A DNA stretch of 64,000 bases from Nitrospirota bacterium (GTDB lineage: Bacteria > Nitrospirota > Thermodesulfovibrionia > Thermodesulfovibrionales > Dissulfurispiraceae), in the NCBI GenBank assembly GCA_963790025.1, contig CAWBMP010000005.1:480001-544000 (forward strand). Direction: 5' to 3'. Position numbers and translations under genes: made by a program. The notes under the pieces were generated by a model that saw only the letters and a list, made by a program, of their open reading frames with translations, was not told the origin of the DNA and made no database searches. Every line of letters begins with the position of its first letter. The stretch's first letter is position 1. Shown piece by piece: positions 1-9,748 of this stretch.

Positions 1-1353
1 AGGTTCGAGCGTGGGGCCGATATAAAAATGCTTCAAAATGCCCTCGACAGAGCGGCCTTCCTTATGCAGAAGATTGCGGGCGGAACGGTTTACGGGAAAA
101 TCGATATTTATCCAGGTAAATACACGCCTGAAAGAATCAGTATCAGCTATGAAAAGATAAATAGGGTGCTGGGCCTGGACCTGACGGAAGCGGAAATCAG
201 TCGTTATCTCGATGGATTGGGTTTTCTTGTCGAAAAGGGAAAAGGATATTATAGTATTACCGCTCCGGCATATCGGGTGGATATACAGCGTGACGCTGAT
301 ATTATAGAAGAAGTTGCTCGGGTATACGGGTATGAGAGAATTCCTGCGGTTCTCCCGGCTGCGGTTGCCGGCATTGAGGGTCAGGACAACGCCCGGAAAT
401 TATTTTCTGAGGCACTTCTGAAAGAGCTGAAAGTCTCTTTTTTAAAGTCAGGCTTTACGGAAGTAATCAATTACAGTTTTATGGGGGAACGTGACCTCGA
501 GCTCCTTGGTATCGATAAAGACGATGCACGCTGGAGAAAAGTGCAGATAAAGAACCCTCTGCGAGCCGAGGATGCCTTCATGCGCACAACACTTATTCCA
601 GCTTTGATTGGAAATATAGTGTATAACGTATCACACGATAACAGGGCATTCAGACTTTTTGAAACGTCCCGGGTTTTTCTCAACGGCAGTAACCTTCCTG
701 GCCCGCTGCCTGAAGAGAGAAATCACCTCGCTGCTATTTTATACAAAGAAAAAATGCGGTCGCTCTATAAGGATGATACGCCGGATTTCTTTGTGGTTAA
801 AGGGGTAATTGAGGCGCTGTTTGATTCGCTCAGAATAACCGCTTATTCCTTTGCCAGGTCAACGGAACCCTTTCTTCACCCGGGGCAATCTGCTGATATA
901 TCGGTAGGCGGGCTGAAGATCGGTTACGTCGGAGCTTTATCACCGGTCATTGTTGATCGTCTGGATATAAAGGCGCAGAGGCCGTCAATAATTCTCATGG
1001 AACTTGATATTGACCTTCTCAGCCCTCCTGCTCAATCAATGAAGATGCTCAGGTACTGTCCGTTGCCCAGGTATCCCTATAGTGAAAGGGATACTGCGCT
1101 TGTGATAGATGAATCCCTCGAATCATCGGAGATTGTTGCACTCCTTAAGTCATATAGTTCAGAAATGATAGAGGGTATTACGCTATTCGATGTCTATCAG
1201 GGAAAGAACATCCCTGAAGAGAAAAAGAGCCTCGCCTTTTCAATCCGTTACAGGGCGCCGGACAGAACACTTAAGGACGAAGAGGTCGATGCCCTGCACA
1301 ATCAGATAGTTCGATTTATCATCGAAAAAACCGGTGGATACATAAGAACGTAG
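1..1353 (+). CDS. pheT: Phenylalanyl-tRNA synthetase beta subunit, 5'-truncated by the window edge
   Basis: RFERGAD at the window start, B5 motif RVDIQRDADIIEEVARVYGY, FLHPGQSA, C-terminal FDX-ACB domain (FDVYQG...KKSLAFSIRYR..DRTL). Confidence 0.97.
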   Translation, partial: RFERGADIKMLQNALDRAAFLMQKIAGGTVYGKIDIYPGKYTPERISISYEKINRVLGLDLTEAEISRYLDGLGFLVEKGKGYYSITAPAYRVDIQRDADIIEEVARVYGYERIPAVLPAAVAGIEGQDNARKLFSEALLKELKVSFLKSGFTEVINYSFMGERDLELLGIDKDDARWRKVQIKNPLRAEDAFMRTTLIPALIGNIVYNVSHDNRAFRLFETSRVFLNGSNLPGPLPEERNHLAAILYKEKMRSLYKDDTPDFFVVKGVIEALFDSLRITAYSFARSTEPFLHPGQSADISVGGLKIGYVGALSPVIVDRLDIKAQRPSIILMELDIDLLSPPAQSMKMLRYCPLPRYPYSERDTALVIDESLESSEIVALLKSYSSEMIEGITLFDVYQGKNIPEEKKSLAFSIRYRAPDRTLKDEEVDALHNQIVRFIIEKTGGYIRT

Positions 1354-1436
1354 AGCATTCGGCCTGCCGCGTTCAGAGTACTGCCTTCTGCGTCCAAAAA
1401 ATAAGAAAGTAGCGCTTCTTCCCTGAACGCAGTACG

Positions 1437-1640
1437 TTATATCGCTATTTTATACCCTGCCTTTTCGATAGCTGAATCAATATCTTTCCTCTCAACTTTA
1501 GATTCGTCATACTTGATGCTTGCGCTGCCTATCATGATATTTGCTTCAATAATACCTTTGATGGCATCCAGTGCTTTTTTTACCCTCATCACGCAATGCT
1601 GACAGCTCATTCCCTCGATCTTGATCACCGCTTCTGTCAT
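1437..1640 (-). CDS. copZ: Heavy-metal-associated (HMA) domain protein, CopZ-like copper chaperone
   Basis: 67 aa with GMSCQHC motif; GGAGG RBS upstream. Confidence 0.88.
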   Translation of the reverse strand: MTEAVIKIEGMSCQHCVMRVKKALDAIKGIIEANIMIGSASIKYDESKVERKDIDSAIEKAGYKIAI

Positions 1641-1761
1641 ATGAAAACCTCCAACTAATAATTATGTTCTACTGCCTGAATTGCAGTAAGATGTATATTA
1701 TAACCCATCAGTACGACTATTCCTTCAGTGCATTCTAAATGTTTTTATAAATAAAATTAAT

Positions 1762-1797
1762 TTGACATCATCATGTCATTATAATATCATGATATTA
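1762..1797 (+). promoter_or_regulatory. Sigma-70-type promoter of the gntR-tauE operon overlapped by two palindromic operator candidates
   Basis: TTGACA (1762-1767), 17 bp, TATCAT (1785-1790); palindromes TGACAT-catc-ATGTCA (1763-1778) and perfect TAATATCATGATATTA (1782-1797). Confidence 0.65.
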
Positions 1798-1799
1798 CG

Positions 1800-2558
1800 A
1801 TGCAAAATGAAATACCTCAGTTGCATTTAAAAACGGTTGATAGGTTCAACCGGGAAAAGCTCTATATTCAGCTCACCGGGATTATTTTGGATGAGATCCG
1901 TTCAGGGAATTGGGAGCGGGGCCGGCAAATCTTTACTGAAGAGGAACTTTGCAAACAATATAATGTCAGTAAAATAACCGTCAGACAGGCGATCAATAAT
2001 CTTGTATCCGAGGGTTATCTGATTAAGGTTCAGGGAAAGGGGACTTTTGTCAATTCCGTACTGCCTGTCGTGGGTCTTGTAATGAAAACGCGGCTCACTG
2101 AAAATATGATTGCAAAGGAGGTGCAGACAGAAAAAGAGGTTTTATTTAAAGGACAAAGCGAACAATTACCGGATACTATGGGGTATTTACAGACCCAAGG
2201 GGATGTTTTTTATGTTCTTTGCAGAATAATGGTTGGAGGCGAACCGGCGTATCTTGAAGAATGCTATATCCCATGTGAAATGCTCCCTGATTTGGAGGAA
2301 CTGGACTTTGAAAACTGTTCAATCTATGAAGTTCTAGGGGAAAGAGGAGCAAAGAGGATATTTAAAGTCGAGCAGACTACTGAGATCTCGCATGTCTCCG
2401 GTGAATCGGCAAGGAATCTCAATATGCGTGAAGGAGAGCCGGTGCTTGTTGTTCACAGGTTGTTCCTAAGTTCAGATACATCGGAGATTGCATATACACG
2501 GTTTATGGGCAGAAGCGACACATATAAATTTCAAATGGAACTGGAACGAATACGATAA
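1800..2558 (+). CDS. GntR-family (HutC/UTRA-type) transcriptional regulator
   Basis: N-terminal wHTH TEEELCKQYNVSKITVRQAINNLVSEGYLIKVQGKGTFV; UTRA-like C-terminus. Confidence 0.92.
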   Translation: MQNEIPQLHLKTVDRFNREKLYIQLTGIILDEIRSGNWERGRQIFTEEELCKQYNVSKITVRQAINNLVSEGYLIKVQGKGTFVNSVLPVVGLVMKTRLTENMIAKEVQTEKEVLFKGQSEQLPDTMGYLQTQGDVFYVLCRIMVGGEPAYLEECYIPCEMLPDLEELDFENCSIYEVLGERGAKRIFKVEQTTEISHVSGESARNLNMREGEPVLVVHRLFLSSDTSEIAYTRFMGRSDTYKFQMELERIR

Positions 2559-2582
2559 TAGGAAGGAGGCTGGGTTAGAACT

Positions 2583-3557
2583 ATGAGAAGAAGCTCCGTA
2601 GCACTACTAATATTACTTGTGACTGTTTTTTTAGTTGCTTTCGCAATGACCGGCTTTGCTGCAGCATCAACAGATGCACCTGCGGCACCAACGCCGGTTG
2701 CATCATCGAGTGTCCCGTGGTGGGTGTGGCCTTCGGCGCTTTTTGTTGTTACATTCATAATGGGTATCTTAGCCGTATTGGGCGGCGTTGGGGGCGGGGT
2801 GCTTTTTGTACCCATAATCGGGGGCTTTTTCCCGTTCCATATTGATTTTGTCAGGGGTGCGGGTCTTCTTGTGGCGCTGGCAGGGGCACTGGCTGCCGGC
2901 CCGGGACTGCTCAAAAAGGGCATGGCTGATTTGCGACTTTCTATACCTGTGGCGTTAATTGCGTCCTCTTGCGCCATTGTTGGGGCGATGATCGGACTTG
3001 CGCTACCGAGCAATGTGGTAAATATCGCCCTCGGAGCAACAATTTTAGGGATTGTCGCCATCATGATGATGGCAAAAAAATCGGAATATCCCGAGGTCCG
3101 TGAGCCTGATGCCCTTTCGACCGCGCTGAGGATAAACGGTATTTACTACGAAGCATCCTCAGGCCAGGAAGTGAACTGGCAGATACACAGGACGCCCCAG
3201 GGACTTGCCACTTTTATTATTATCGGTATTATGGCGGGTATGTTCGGCCTCGGCGCAGGATGGGCGAATGTTCCAGTCCTGAACCTGATGATGGGGGCAC
3301 CCCTGAAAGTATCTGTGGCAACGAGCAAGTTTCTTCTGTCCATTACGGATACTTCAGCGGCATGGATATATGTTAATAACGGCGCCGTGCTGCCGATGAT
3401 GGTCGTCCCGTCGATTATCGGCATTATGCTTGGCTCATTAGTGGGTGTAAAGATACTGACCAGAACAAAACCGGCTGCAGTGCGCTATATAGTCATAGTT
3501 ATGCTGCTTTTTGCCGGTTCGAGGGCGCTGCTCAAAGGCCTCGCCATCTGGAAGTAA
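2583..3557 (+). CDS. TauE/SafE (TSUP) family membrane transporter
   Basis: Hydrophobic; GGVGGGVLFVP and GMFGLGAGWANVP repeats typical of TSUP; GGAGG RBS. Confidence 0.9.
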   Translation: MRRSSVALLILLVTVFLVAFAMTGFAAASTDAPAAPTPVASSSVPWWVWPSALFVVTFIMGILAVLGGVGGGVLFVPIIGGFFPFHIDFVRGAGLLVALAGALAAGPGLLKKGMADLRLSIPVALIASSCAIVGAMIGLALPSNVVNIALGATILGIVAIMMMAKKSEYPEVREPDALSTALRINGIYYEASSGQEVNWQIHRTPQGLATFIIIGIMAGMFGLGAGWANVPVLNLMMGAPLKVSVATSKFLLSITDTSAAWIYVNNGAVLPMMVVPSIIGIMLGSLVGVKILTRTKPAAVRYIVIVMLLFAGSRALLKGLAIWK

Positions 3558-3573
3558 ATAAAGGAGGAATAAT

Positions 3574-3990
3574 ATGGATAAAAAAATTAGGGCGACGGAA
3601 GAGCAGCTTGCGTACGCAAAAATCCTGGACTTCGGTATGAAAGCAGGGCTCCTCATGCTCCTTGTGTCATTTGTCGTTTATCTGAGCGGTATCCTGTCTC
3701 CTCACGTACCGGTTAACGACCTCCCGAAGTATTGGGGCATGCCGGTCAAGAAGTATCTTGCCGCAACGCACATTCATACGGGCTGGTCGTGGCTACTCAT
3801 GGTCGGAAAAGGTGATTTTCTCAATTTTATCGGGATAGCCTTTCTTGCCGGAGTTACTGTACTTTGTAATTTTAGAATCATACCAATATTTTTCAGAAAG
3901 AAGGATTTCGTATACGGCATTTTTGCTATTACGGAGGTCTTTATACTAGCACTTGCGGCATCAGGGATACTGAAGTCAGGAGGACATTGA
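3574..3990 (+). CDS. DUF1634-like small membrane protein (TauE partner)
   Basis: 138 aa, 3 hydrophobic segments, directly after TauE, ends GGH; AGGAGG RBS. Confidence 0.75.
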   Translation: MDKKIRATEEQLAYAKILDFGMKAGLLMLLVSFVVYLSGILSPHVPVNDLPKYWGMPVKKYLAATHIHTGWSWLLMVGKGDFLNFIGIAFLAGVTVLCNFRIIPIFFRKKDFVYGIFAITEVFILALAASGILKSGGH

Positions 3991-3991
3991 T

Positions 3992-4894
3992 ATGACAATG
4001 AGCTCCCGGGAAATGTGTCCTATCGGGGCAGCAGTCAAACTGCTCCTTGCCACTCAAAATGCCGGTCTCGATGAAGGAGCTATAAGAGAAGCGATAGCCC
4101 TGGCAAAGATATGTTCCGGCAAGCTTTCCGCGGTATCTGTCGTAGAAATCAACCCCGAATTTGAGGCGTTTGCGCCGGAGCTTGCCGAAAAAGCGGCGAT
4201 CAAAACAAGAGAGCACCTTGAAGCTGTGCGGGCCATGGCAGCGAAGGAGGGCGTAGAATGTGAAATCATAGCGCACCGGGGCCAGGAGCCGTATCAGTTT
4301 ATCGTCGATGAGGCGGCAAAAAAACAGTCCGATATAATTGTCATGGGAAGAAAAAGCAAAACCGTTCTGCAACGGCTCATGATGGGTAGTGTTACTGCTA
4401 AAGTGATAGGATATGCTCCCTGTAATATTCTGGTCGTGCCCGATAAGGCGGCTGTCGAGTACAAGAAAATTCTTGTTGCTACGGATGGGTCAAAATACAG
4501 TGAAACTGCGTCACGACAGGCGGTCATGATAGCAAGGCGGTGCGGGGCCAGTATCATTGCAATTTCCGTAATCCCTTCGGAGACAGGGTCACCGCTGGAT
4601 ATTGTCCATTCGGAGATGCAGCGGGACATTATTGCCGACAAAGAACTCAAAGCCGCTGAAAGCTCAATCATAAAGGTCCGGGAAATTGCGGAAAAAGAGG
4701 GTTTAAGTGTAGAGGGTCTCATTATGTCAGGAGGTCCGTATGAGGCGATCACAGCCTCTGCAAAAGAAAATAATATCGATCTTATTGTGGTGGGCAGCCA
4801 TGGCAAGACAGGATTGGAGAGACTGATTATGGGAAGCGTGGCTGAAAGGGTAATTATGCTCTCTCCATGTGCGGTGCTGGTGGTAAAGAGATAG
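3992..4894 (+). CDS. Universal stress protein (tandem USP domains)
   Basis: Two USP repeats: DIIVMGR...MGSVTAKVIGYAPCNILVV and DLIVVGSHGKTGLERLIMGSVAERVIMLSPCAVLVVK. Confidence 0.93.
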   Translation: MTMSSREMCPIGAAVKLLLATQNAGLDEGAIREAIALAKICSGKLSAVSVVEINPEFEAFAPELAEKAAIKTREHLEAVRAMAAKEGVECEIIAHRGQEPYQFIVDEAAKKQSDIIVMGRKSKTVLQRLMMGSVTAKVIGYAPCNILVVPDKAAVEYKKILVATDGSKYSETASRQAVMIARRCGASIIAISVIPSETGSPLDIVHSEMQRDIIADKELKAAESSIIKVREIAEKEGLSVEGLIMSGGPYEAITASAKENNIDLIVVGSHGKTGLERLIMGSVAERVIMLSPCAVLVVKR

Positions 4895-4904
4895 GGATAA
4901 ACAA

Positions 4905-5645
4905 ATGAGAATCGAAAAAACTGTTGACAGGGAAAGCCAGCAGAAACTTTACGTCCAAATTTATTCTATTTTTAAAGAAAAAATGAAAATAGGAGAATGG
5001 CCTCCGGGAGTGCAGATACCTACTGAGGACGAGCTTTGCAGGATCTATGATATCAGTAAGGCGACAATAAGGATTGCTATTGCGGAGCTTGTGAGAGAGG
5101 GCTCACTAAAAAAGATTCAGGGTAAGGGCACCTTTGTCGTATCCTCAACTCTTTCCATCGGGTTAGTCATGAGAACACGATTGACCGAAGACATGTTAGG
5201 TCAGGGGGTGAAATCGACGAAAGAGCTGCTCCAAAAAGGCGTCAGGCTGCCATCTGATGAGATTAGGACCTATTTCGATGAAAAAGGTATTCTCTACTAT
5301 TATCGCTGCAAAGGCGTTGTAGAAGATGAGCCTGCATACATCGAAGAATCATATGTGCCGTTGGCATTGGTCCCGGGTATTGAAGCGGAGAATGTTGGTC
5401 GAGTCTCGCTTTACGAACTTATTCAGGAAAAGGCAATTGTGAAAATCTCAAGGGTGTTGCAGACTATCGAGGCTACCGAGATAAAGGATGAGGCTGCAGA
5501 AATTTTGTCGATCAGGGCGGGGTCTCCCGGACTGCTTTTGCACAGACTGCTCATGGGCCCTGACGAAGACCCGATAGCTTATACGCGACTTGTCGGGACC
5601 GGCGGAAAATACAGGATCCAGACTGAGTTTGAAAAAATCAAATAG
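4905..5645 (+). CDS. GntR-family (HutC/UTRA-type) transcriptional regulator, paralog of 1800-2558
   Basis: IPTEDELCRIYDISKATIRIAIAELVREGSLKKIQGKGTFV; similar C-terminus. Confidence 0.92.
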   Translation: MRIEKTVDRESQQKLYVQIYSIFKEKMKIGEWPPGVQIPTEDELCRIYDISKATIRIAIAELVREGSLKKIQGKGTFVVSSTLSIGLVMRTRLTEDMLGQGVKSTKELLQKGVRLPSDEIRTYFDEKGILYYYRCKGVVEDEPAYIEESYVPLALVPGIEAENVGRVSLYELIQEKAIVKISRVLQTIEATEIKDEAAEILSIRAGSPGLLLHRLLMGPDEDPIAYTRLVGTGGKYRIQTEFEKIK

Positions 5646-5672
5646 GCAATAAAACAAAGGGAGGAGTATATA

Positions 5673-6956
5673 ATGAGTATTCCGAGACAGGTTTTCGAAT
5701 TTCTAAAGATGGGTGCCCAGGCCCATGCCCGGTGGGAGATCGAAACTTCCTTGAGCATAATAAGAAACAGGAAAAAGCTTCTTGTCTTATTAGCTATGCT
5801 GGTGCCGATCCTGGTAGTGGGTTTTGCTGCGGCATCAGACATGATCGGCGGCAAGGAAGCCTATGCGCCCTCATTCTATTCCACATACATCTTTGTTGTT
5901 TCTATTGCCATTGGGCTGTGTGCAGGCCTGATCACGGGCTGTATAGGAGCGGGAGGCGGATTTGTTATAACCCCTGCGCTGATGGCTGCCGGAGTCAAGG
6001 GGATTCTGGCCGTAGGAACAGACCTTTTCCATATATTTGCAAAAGCGATCATGGGGACTGCAGTTCACAAGAAGCTGGGCAACGTTTCGGGGAAACTGGC
6101 AATCGCATTTCTGGTTGGTTCCGTTGGGGGCACCTTCATAGGCGGCTATATAAACAAGGCGATCTACACCTATGATCCTAATCTAAGCGATTTTTTTATC
6201 AGCATTGTCTATGCAATAGTTCTGGGATTTCTGGGGTTCTATGCGCTTTCGGACTTCTGGAAATCGACCAGGTCGAAGCAAGTTGTCGATGCCCATGGCA
6301 GGACGTCAGGGCTTACCGGCCTTGCAATAAATGTGCAGAGGTTAAAAATCCCGCCCTCGATTACTTTTGATGAAGACTTTGTGCCTGGAGGCAGACAAAT
6401 CTCCGCCGTAGTCGTGGCCCTTGGCGGTGTTATAGTGGGCTTGCTGGCTTCGGTAATGGGCATGGGAGGCGGCTTTGTCACATTCCCGATGTTTGTGTAC
6501 GTTTTCGGTGTTTCCTCGATGACGACAGTAGGGACCGATATCCTTCAGATCATCTTCACAGCAGGTGTCGGATCAATAGTGCAATACGCCATTTACGGGT
6601 ACGTATTCTATACGCTGGCAATGGGTATGCTTCTGGGCTCACTGATAGGCATCCAGATCGGGGCCCTGACAACGAAGGTTGTCAAAGGTATCCACATCAG
6701 GGGTTTCTATGCGGTAACGATCCTTGCGGGCTTTGTCAACAGGGCCGCAACACTGCCGAAGAAACTGGTAGAGTTCGAAATGATCAGTGTCTCAAAAACT
6801 ACGGTCAAGATGATCGAGTCAGCGGGGAACGTTTTGTTCTGGATAGTGGTAGGTGTGTTTACCGTGTGGGTGATCGGGAAGTTTTTAATGAATATAAGTA
6901 AACTGAGGGGCGAAGATGAATACGTAAAAGTCCCCTTGATTAAAAAGGAGGTGTAA
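5673..6956 (+). CDS. TauE/SafE (TSUP) family membrane transporter, long form
   Basis: GCIGAGGGFVITP and VMGMGGGFVTFP motifs, VGTD repeats. Confidence 0.88.
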   Translation: MSIPRQVFEFLKMGAQAHARWEIETSLSIIRNRKKLLVLLAMLVPILVVGFAAASDMIGGKEAYAPSFYSTYIFVVSIAIGLCAGLITGCIGAGGGFVITPALMAAGVKGILAVGTDLFHIFAKAIMGTAVHKKLGNVSGKLAIAFLVGSVGGTFIGGYINKAIYTYDPNLSDFFISIVYAIVLGFLGFYALSDFWKSTRSKQVVDAHGRTSGLTGLAINVQRLKIPPSITFDEDFVPGGRQISAVVVALGGVIVGLLASVMGMGGGFVTFPMFVYVFGVSSMTTVGTDILQIIFTAGVGSIVQYAIYGYVFYTLAMGMLLGSLIGIQIGALTTKVVKGIHIRGFYAVTILAGFVNRAATLPKKLVEFEMISVSKTTVKMIESAGNVLFWIVVGVFTVWVIGKFLMNISKLRGEDEYVKVPLIKKEV

Positions 6957-6957
6957 C

Positions 6958-7668
6958 ATGCTGATTCGCAGCAAGAAACGGTTTTGGACCGGGCTTCTTT
7001 TAATGATGTCTTTTTTAGCTGTCCTGCTGCTGATTTTCTCCCCTTTATTTGACGGGAAAAACGGGCTGCAATTCGCGGACGACACCTTTAACAGACTTGC
7101 GAAAGGATCTTCTTATTTCATACCCAAGATGGCAAAGAATGCTGCCGAATTCAACGGTAAGCAGTTTGCAACGACTATAAAGCTTGAAAAAACCGATGAT
7201 GCAGCCAGGATAGCGAAGCTCCTGACGGGGGCCGGCGCCGCGGTCGAGGTAAAACAGGGGACACTTAAAATGAGCGGAGATCTTGGCGTCGTGCTGCAAA
7301 GCGTGCTGAAGGATTCGGACGCGATGTACAAAAATGACGGCAAGGCTGTTTCCGATCGCTATGGGTACAGTGAAACAAAAGTCATGAAGGATTGGTGGCA
7401 GGGGCTGGCGTCAATCGAAAAGGCGCTGAAGAAAGACAAACATATAGAGGAGTCAAAGGCAGTCGGTGAAGTCAACAAGAAGGCAGTTGAGCCGGCCTAT
7501 AACTTTTATAAAATCGACGGTCAAAAAGTCAGCGAACATGCCGTGCTTCTAACGGGACTGCTTCTGTTTTATGTGCTTTACACAGTATGGTGGGGCTTCG
7601 GGATATTTTACGTATTCGAGGGTATAGGCCTCAATATGAAAAAATCAAAGATCAAGAAAGAAGTTTAA
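6958..7668 (+). CDS. Conserved hypothetical membrane protein (two TM helices flanking a soluble domain)
   Basis: 236 aa ORF 1 nt after the TauE stop, AGGAGG RBS, N- and C-terminal hydrophobic segments. Confidence 0.75.
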   Translation: MLIRSKKRFWTGLLLMMSFLAVLLLIFSPLFDGKNGLQFADDTFNRLAKGSSYFIPKMAKNAAEFNGKQFATTIKLEKTDDAARIAKLLTGAGAAVEVKQGTLKMSGDLGVVLQSVLKDSDAMYKNDGKAVSDRYGYSETKVMKDWWQGLASIEKALKKDKHIEESKAVGEVNKKAVEPAYNFYKIDGQKVSEHAVLLTGLLLFYVLYTVWWGFGIFYVFEGIGLNMKKSKIKKEV

Positions 7669-7685
7669 AGGCGTCAAAGGTCGGA

Positions 7686-7719
7686 GCGCCCCAAACAGTT
7701 TTGAGACTTTTTGGGGCGC
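7686..7719. terminator. Hairpin between convergent genes, probable terminator
   Basis: GCGCCCCAAACAGT / ACTTTTTGGGGCGC inverted repeat (1 mismatch), 6-nt loop. Confidence 0.6.
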
Positions 7720-7770
7720 CCGGTCAGTCTCGACCCCGAGATGGCTTTGCAGCTTTTTTGTTCTTGTCCG

Positions 7771-9141
7771 TCATTCCTCGTCTGCTTTTGCGAGCCCGAA
7801 TTTTTTCAGCTTTCTCCAGAGAGATACCCTGTCTATACCGAGTATCTGCGATGCAAGGGTCTTGTTACCGCCGACCTCGCCCAGCACCCACTGTATATAC
7901 GTTAACTCCTGGTCCTCAAGAGAAGGTATCTGGCCCCTCTTCTTCCTGAATGTCTTGATACTAAGCTCCCTCAGGTCCTCCGGCAGATGGGCGACTTCTA
8001 TTGACACACCATTGGAAAGCGCCACCCCGCGCTCTATAATGTTTTCCAGTTCCCTGACATTACCCGGGAAATCATAGTTCATGAGAAGCGCTATGACTTC
8101 CGGTGCTATTTCGCTGACCATTTTCTTCATCAGGCTTGCGTATTTCTTAAGGAAATAGTAGCTTAAGATATGGATATCTTCTTTCCTCTCGCAAAGAGGT
8201 GGGATGTACAATGAAACAACATTAATTCTAAAATAAAGGTCTTGCCTGAAGTTGCCGCTTTTTATGGCATCGGAGATGTCCCGGTTTGTCGCTGCTATAA
8301 ATCTGACGTCAACCTTTACCGTAGCTGTGGCACCCAGACGCAAGACCTCTTTCTCCTGGATTGCCCTGAGGAGCTTGACCTGCATGGAAGATGGCATCTC
8401 GGTGATCTCGTCCAGAAACAGCGTTCCTTCCGATGCCATTTCGATCAGCCCTTTTTTCATTGTCGCCGCTCCGGTAAAGGCGCCTTTCTCATGGCCGAAG
8501 AGTTCGTTTGAAAGCAGTTCCTCAGTAAAGGCCCCGCAGTTTACGGCAAAAAATGGGCCTTTTGAGCGGGTACTGCTATAGTGTATGAATTTTGCAAAGA
8601 TCTCCTTGCCGGTGCCGCTTTCCCCGCTGAGGAGCACATTGCAGTCAGTCGGAGCTATCTGGCGAGCCGTATCGATGAGCCGCTGCATAGATGGGTCCTG
8701 GGTAATGATCTTAACTTTACCTTCATAGGTCTCGATCTGCTCCCTGAGCTGAATGTTCTCGCGTTTTAAAAGGACTTTTTCGATGGCCTCCCTGACGACC
8801 TGCCGCACTTCGTCAAGCTTGAACGGTTTTGCCACATAGTAAAAGGCACCGTGTTTAATGCTATCAACAGCAGATTTGAGCGTTGCAAAGCCGGTGATCA
8901 TGATTACTTCAGTATCAGGATGGAGTTCCCGGCTGCGCTTCAATATTTCCATACCGTCCACTTTTTCCATTCTTAAGTCCGTAAGCACCACATCGAAATG
9001 CTGTTCATAAAGCAGTTTAAGCGCGTTTTGCCCGCTCTGGGTGGCCGTGACGTTGTACCCTTCCTTTTTCATGACATGTTCGAGGTTGCTAAGCGCTATT
9101 TTTTCATCGTCAACTATCAATATTTTTGCATTGTCATGCAT
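7771..9141 (-). CDS. Sigma-54-dependent two-component response regulator (REC-AAA+-Fis HTH, NtrC/AtoC type)
   Basis: REC (ILIVDDE..TDLRM..KPF), GESGTGKE, ELFGHEKGAFTGA, FPGNVRELEN, GGNKTLASQILGIDRVSLWRKLKK; start moved to ATG 9141 behind an AGGAGGA RBS. Confidence 0.95.
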   Translation of the reverse strand: MHDNAKILIVDDEKIALSNLEHVMKKEGYNVTATQSGQNALKLLYEQHFDVVLTDLRMEKVDGMEILKRSRELHPDTEVIMITGFATLKSAVDSIKHGAFYYVAKPFKLDEVRQVVREAIEKVLLKRENIQLREQIETYEGKVKIITQDPSMQRLIDTARQIAPTDCNVLLSGESGTGKEIFAKFIHYSSTRSKGPFFAVNCGAFTEELLSNELFGHEKGAFTGAATMKKGLIEMASEGTLFLDEITEMPSSMQVKLLRAIQEKEVLRLGATATVKVDVRFIAATNRDISDAIKSGNFRQDLYFRINVVSLYIPPLCERKEDIHILSYYFLKKYASLMKKMVSEIAPEVIALLMNYDFPGNVRELENIIERGVALSNGVSIEVAHLPEDLRELSIKTFRKKRGQIPSLEDQELTYIQWVLGEVGGNKTLASQILGIDRVSLWRKLKKFGLAKADEE

Positions 9142-9186
9142 TGTCGTTGCTCCTCCTAACCCTTTACCTATACCTATACCTATACC

Positions 9187-9265
9187 TTTTGCCTGATGCT
9201 CGGGCGGCATTTGAATTTCTTCAGTATTATTTCACTCTAACATGGCGCTATTGCAAAAAGCAACG
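9187..9265 (-). pseudogene. Remnant of the 5' end of a histidine kinase gene (paralog of 29481-31004), remainder deleted
   Basis: Aligns with ~30965-31041; reads (I)LKKFKCRPSIRQK versus MLKKFKYRPSIRQK; ATG mutated to ATA at 9227. Confidence 0.85.
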
Positions 9266-9398
9266 ATAGTGAATAGTCATGTAACGTATACCCGCCGGCT
9301 TCAAGAGGCTGTTGCAGTCACATTTGCCCATTCGGGCCGTCGTTTTTGAACAATCAATGTGGTAGTACTTATTCTTACCATGCGTAGGAGGTAATTAT

Positions 9399-9557
9399 AT
9401 GGGCACTGCAGTTAAGAAGACTATCTCTTTGCAGCCCGATCTTGCACGCGAGGCAGAAGAAACCGTCAGCGAAGAGGGAAAAACTTTTAGCGCTGTTATT
9501 CAGGACGCTTTGCGGTTTGCACGGCGGGAGCGGCTCAAAAAAACTCCGCAAAGCTGA
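9399..9557 (+). CDS. Small ribbon-helix-helix (CopG-like) protein, possible orphan or truncated antitoxin (not in ORF track)
   Basis: AGGAGG RBS; MGTAVKKTISLQPDLAREAEETVSEEGKTFSAVIQDALRFARRERLKKTPQS fits the RHH pattern. Confidence 0.65.
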   Translation: MGTAVKKTISLQPDLAREAEETVSEEGKTFSAVIQDALRFARRERLKKTPQS

Positions 9558-9748
9558 AAATCAGATTACCAAGTTCATATAGTAACCGACTCCGGGCGAG
9601 TTTTATAGCTTCCGTCTGGTACTTTCTGAAGTCCGAACAGGGTTTATTATGAAAATTCTGCAGGTTACGATTAGAAATTCCCGGCCCGAAATACGAGAAT
9701 GCCGTGATGCGAGCAGCCTCGCTCTACGATAGGAACGGAGAATAGTGA

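Noticed and set aside
1670..1688. TACTGC-N7-GCAGTA upstream of copZ as a copper-regulator operator
   Set aside because: Does not match the CsoR or CueR operator patterns I know; a 6-bp arm may be chance
9142..9210. N-terminal extension MPPEHQAKGIGIGIGKG of the sigma-54 regulator
   Set aside because: Derived from the kinase remnant and hexamer repeat; a strong RBS precedes ATG 9141 and the paralog starts at the equivalent ATG
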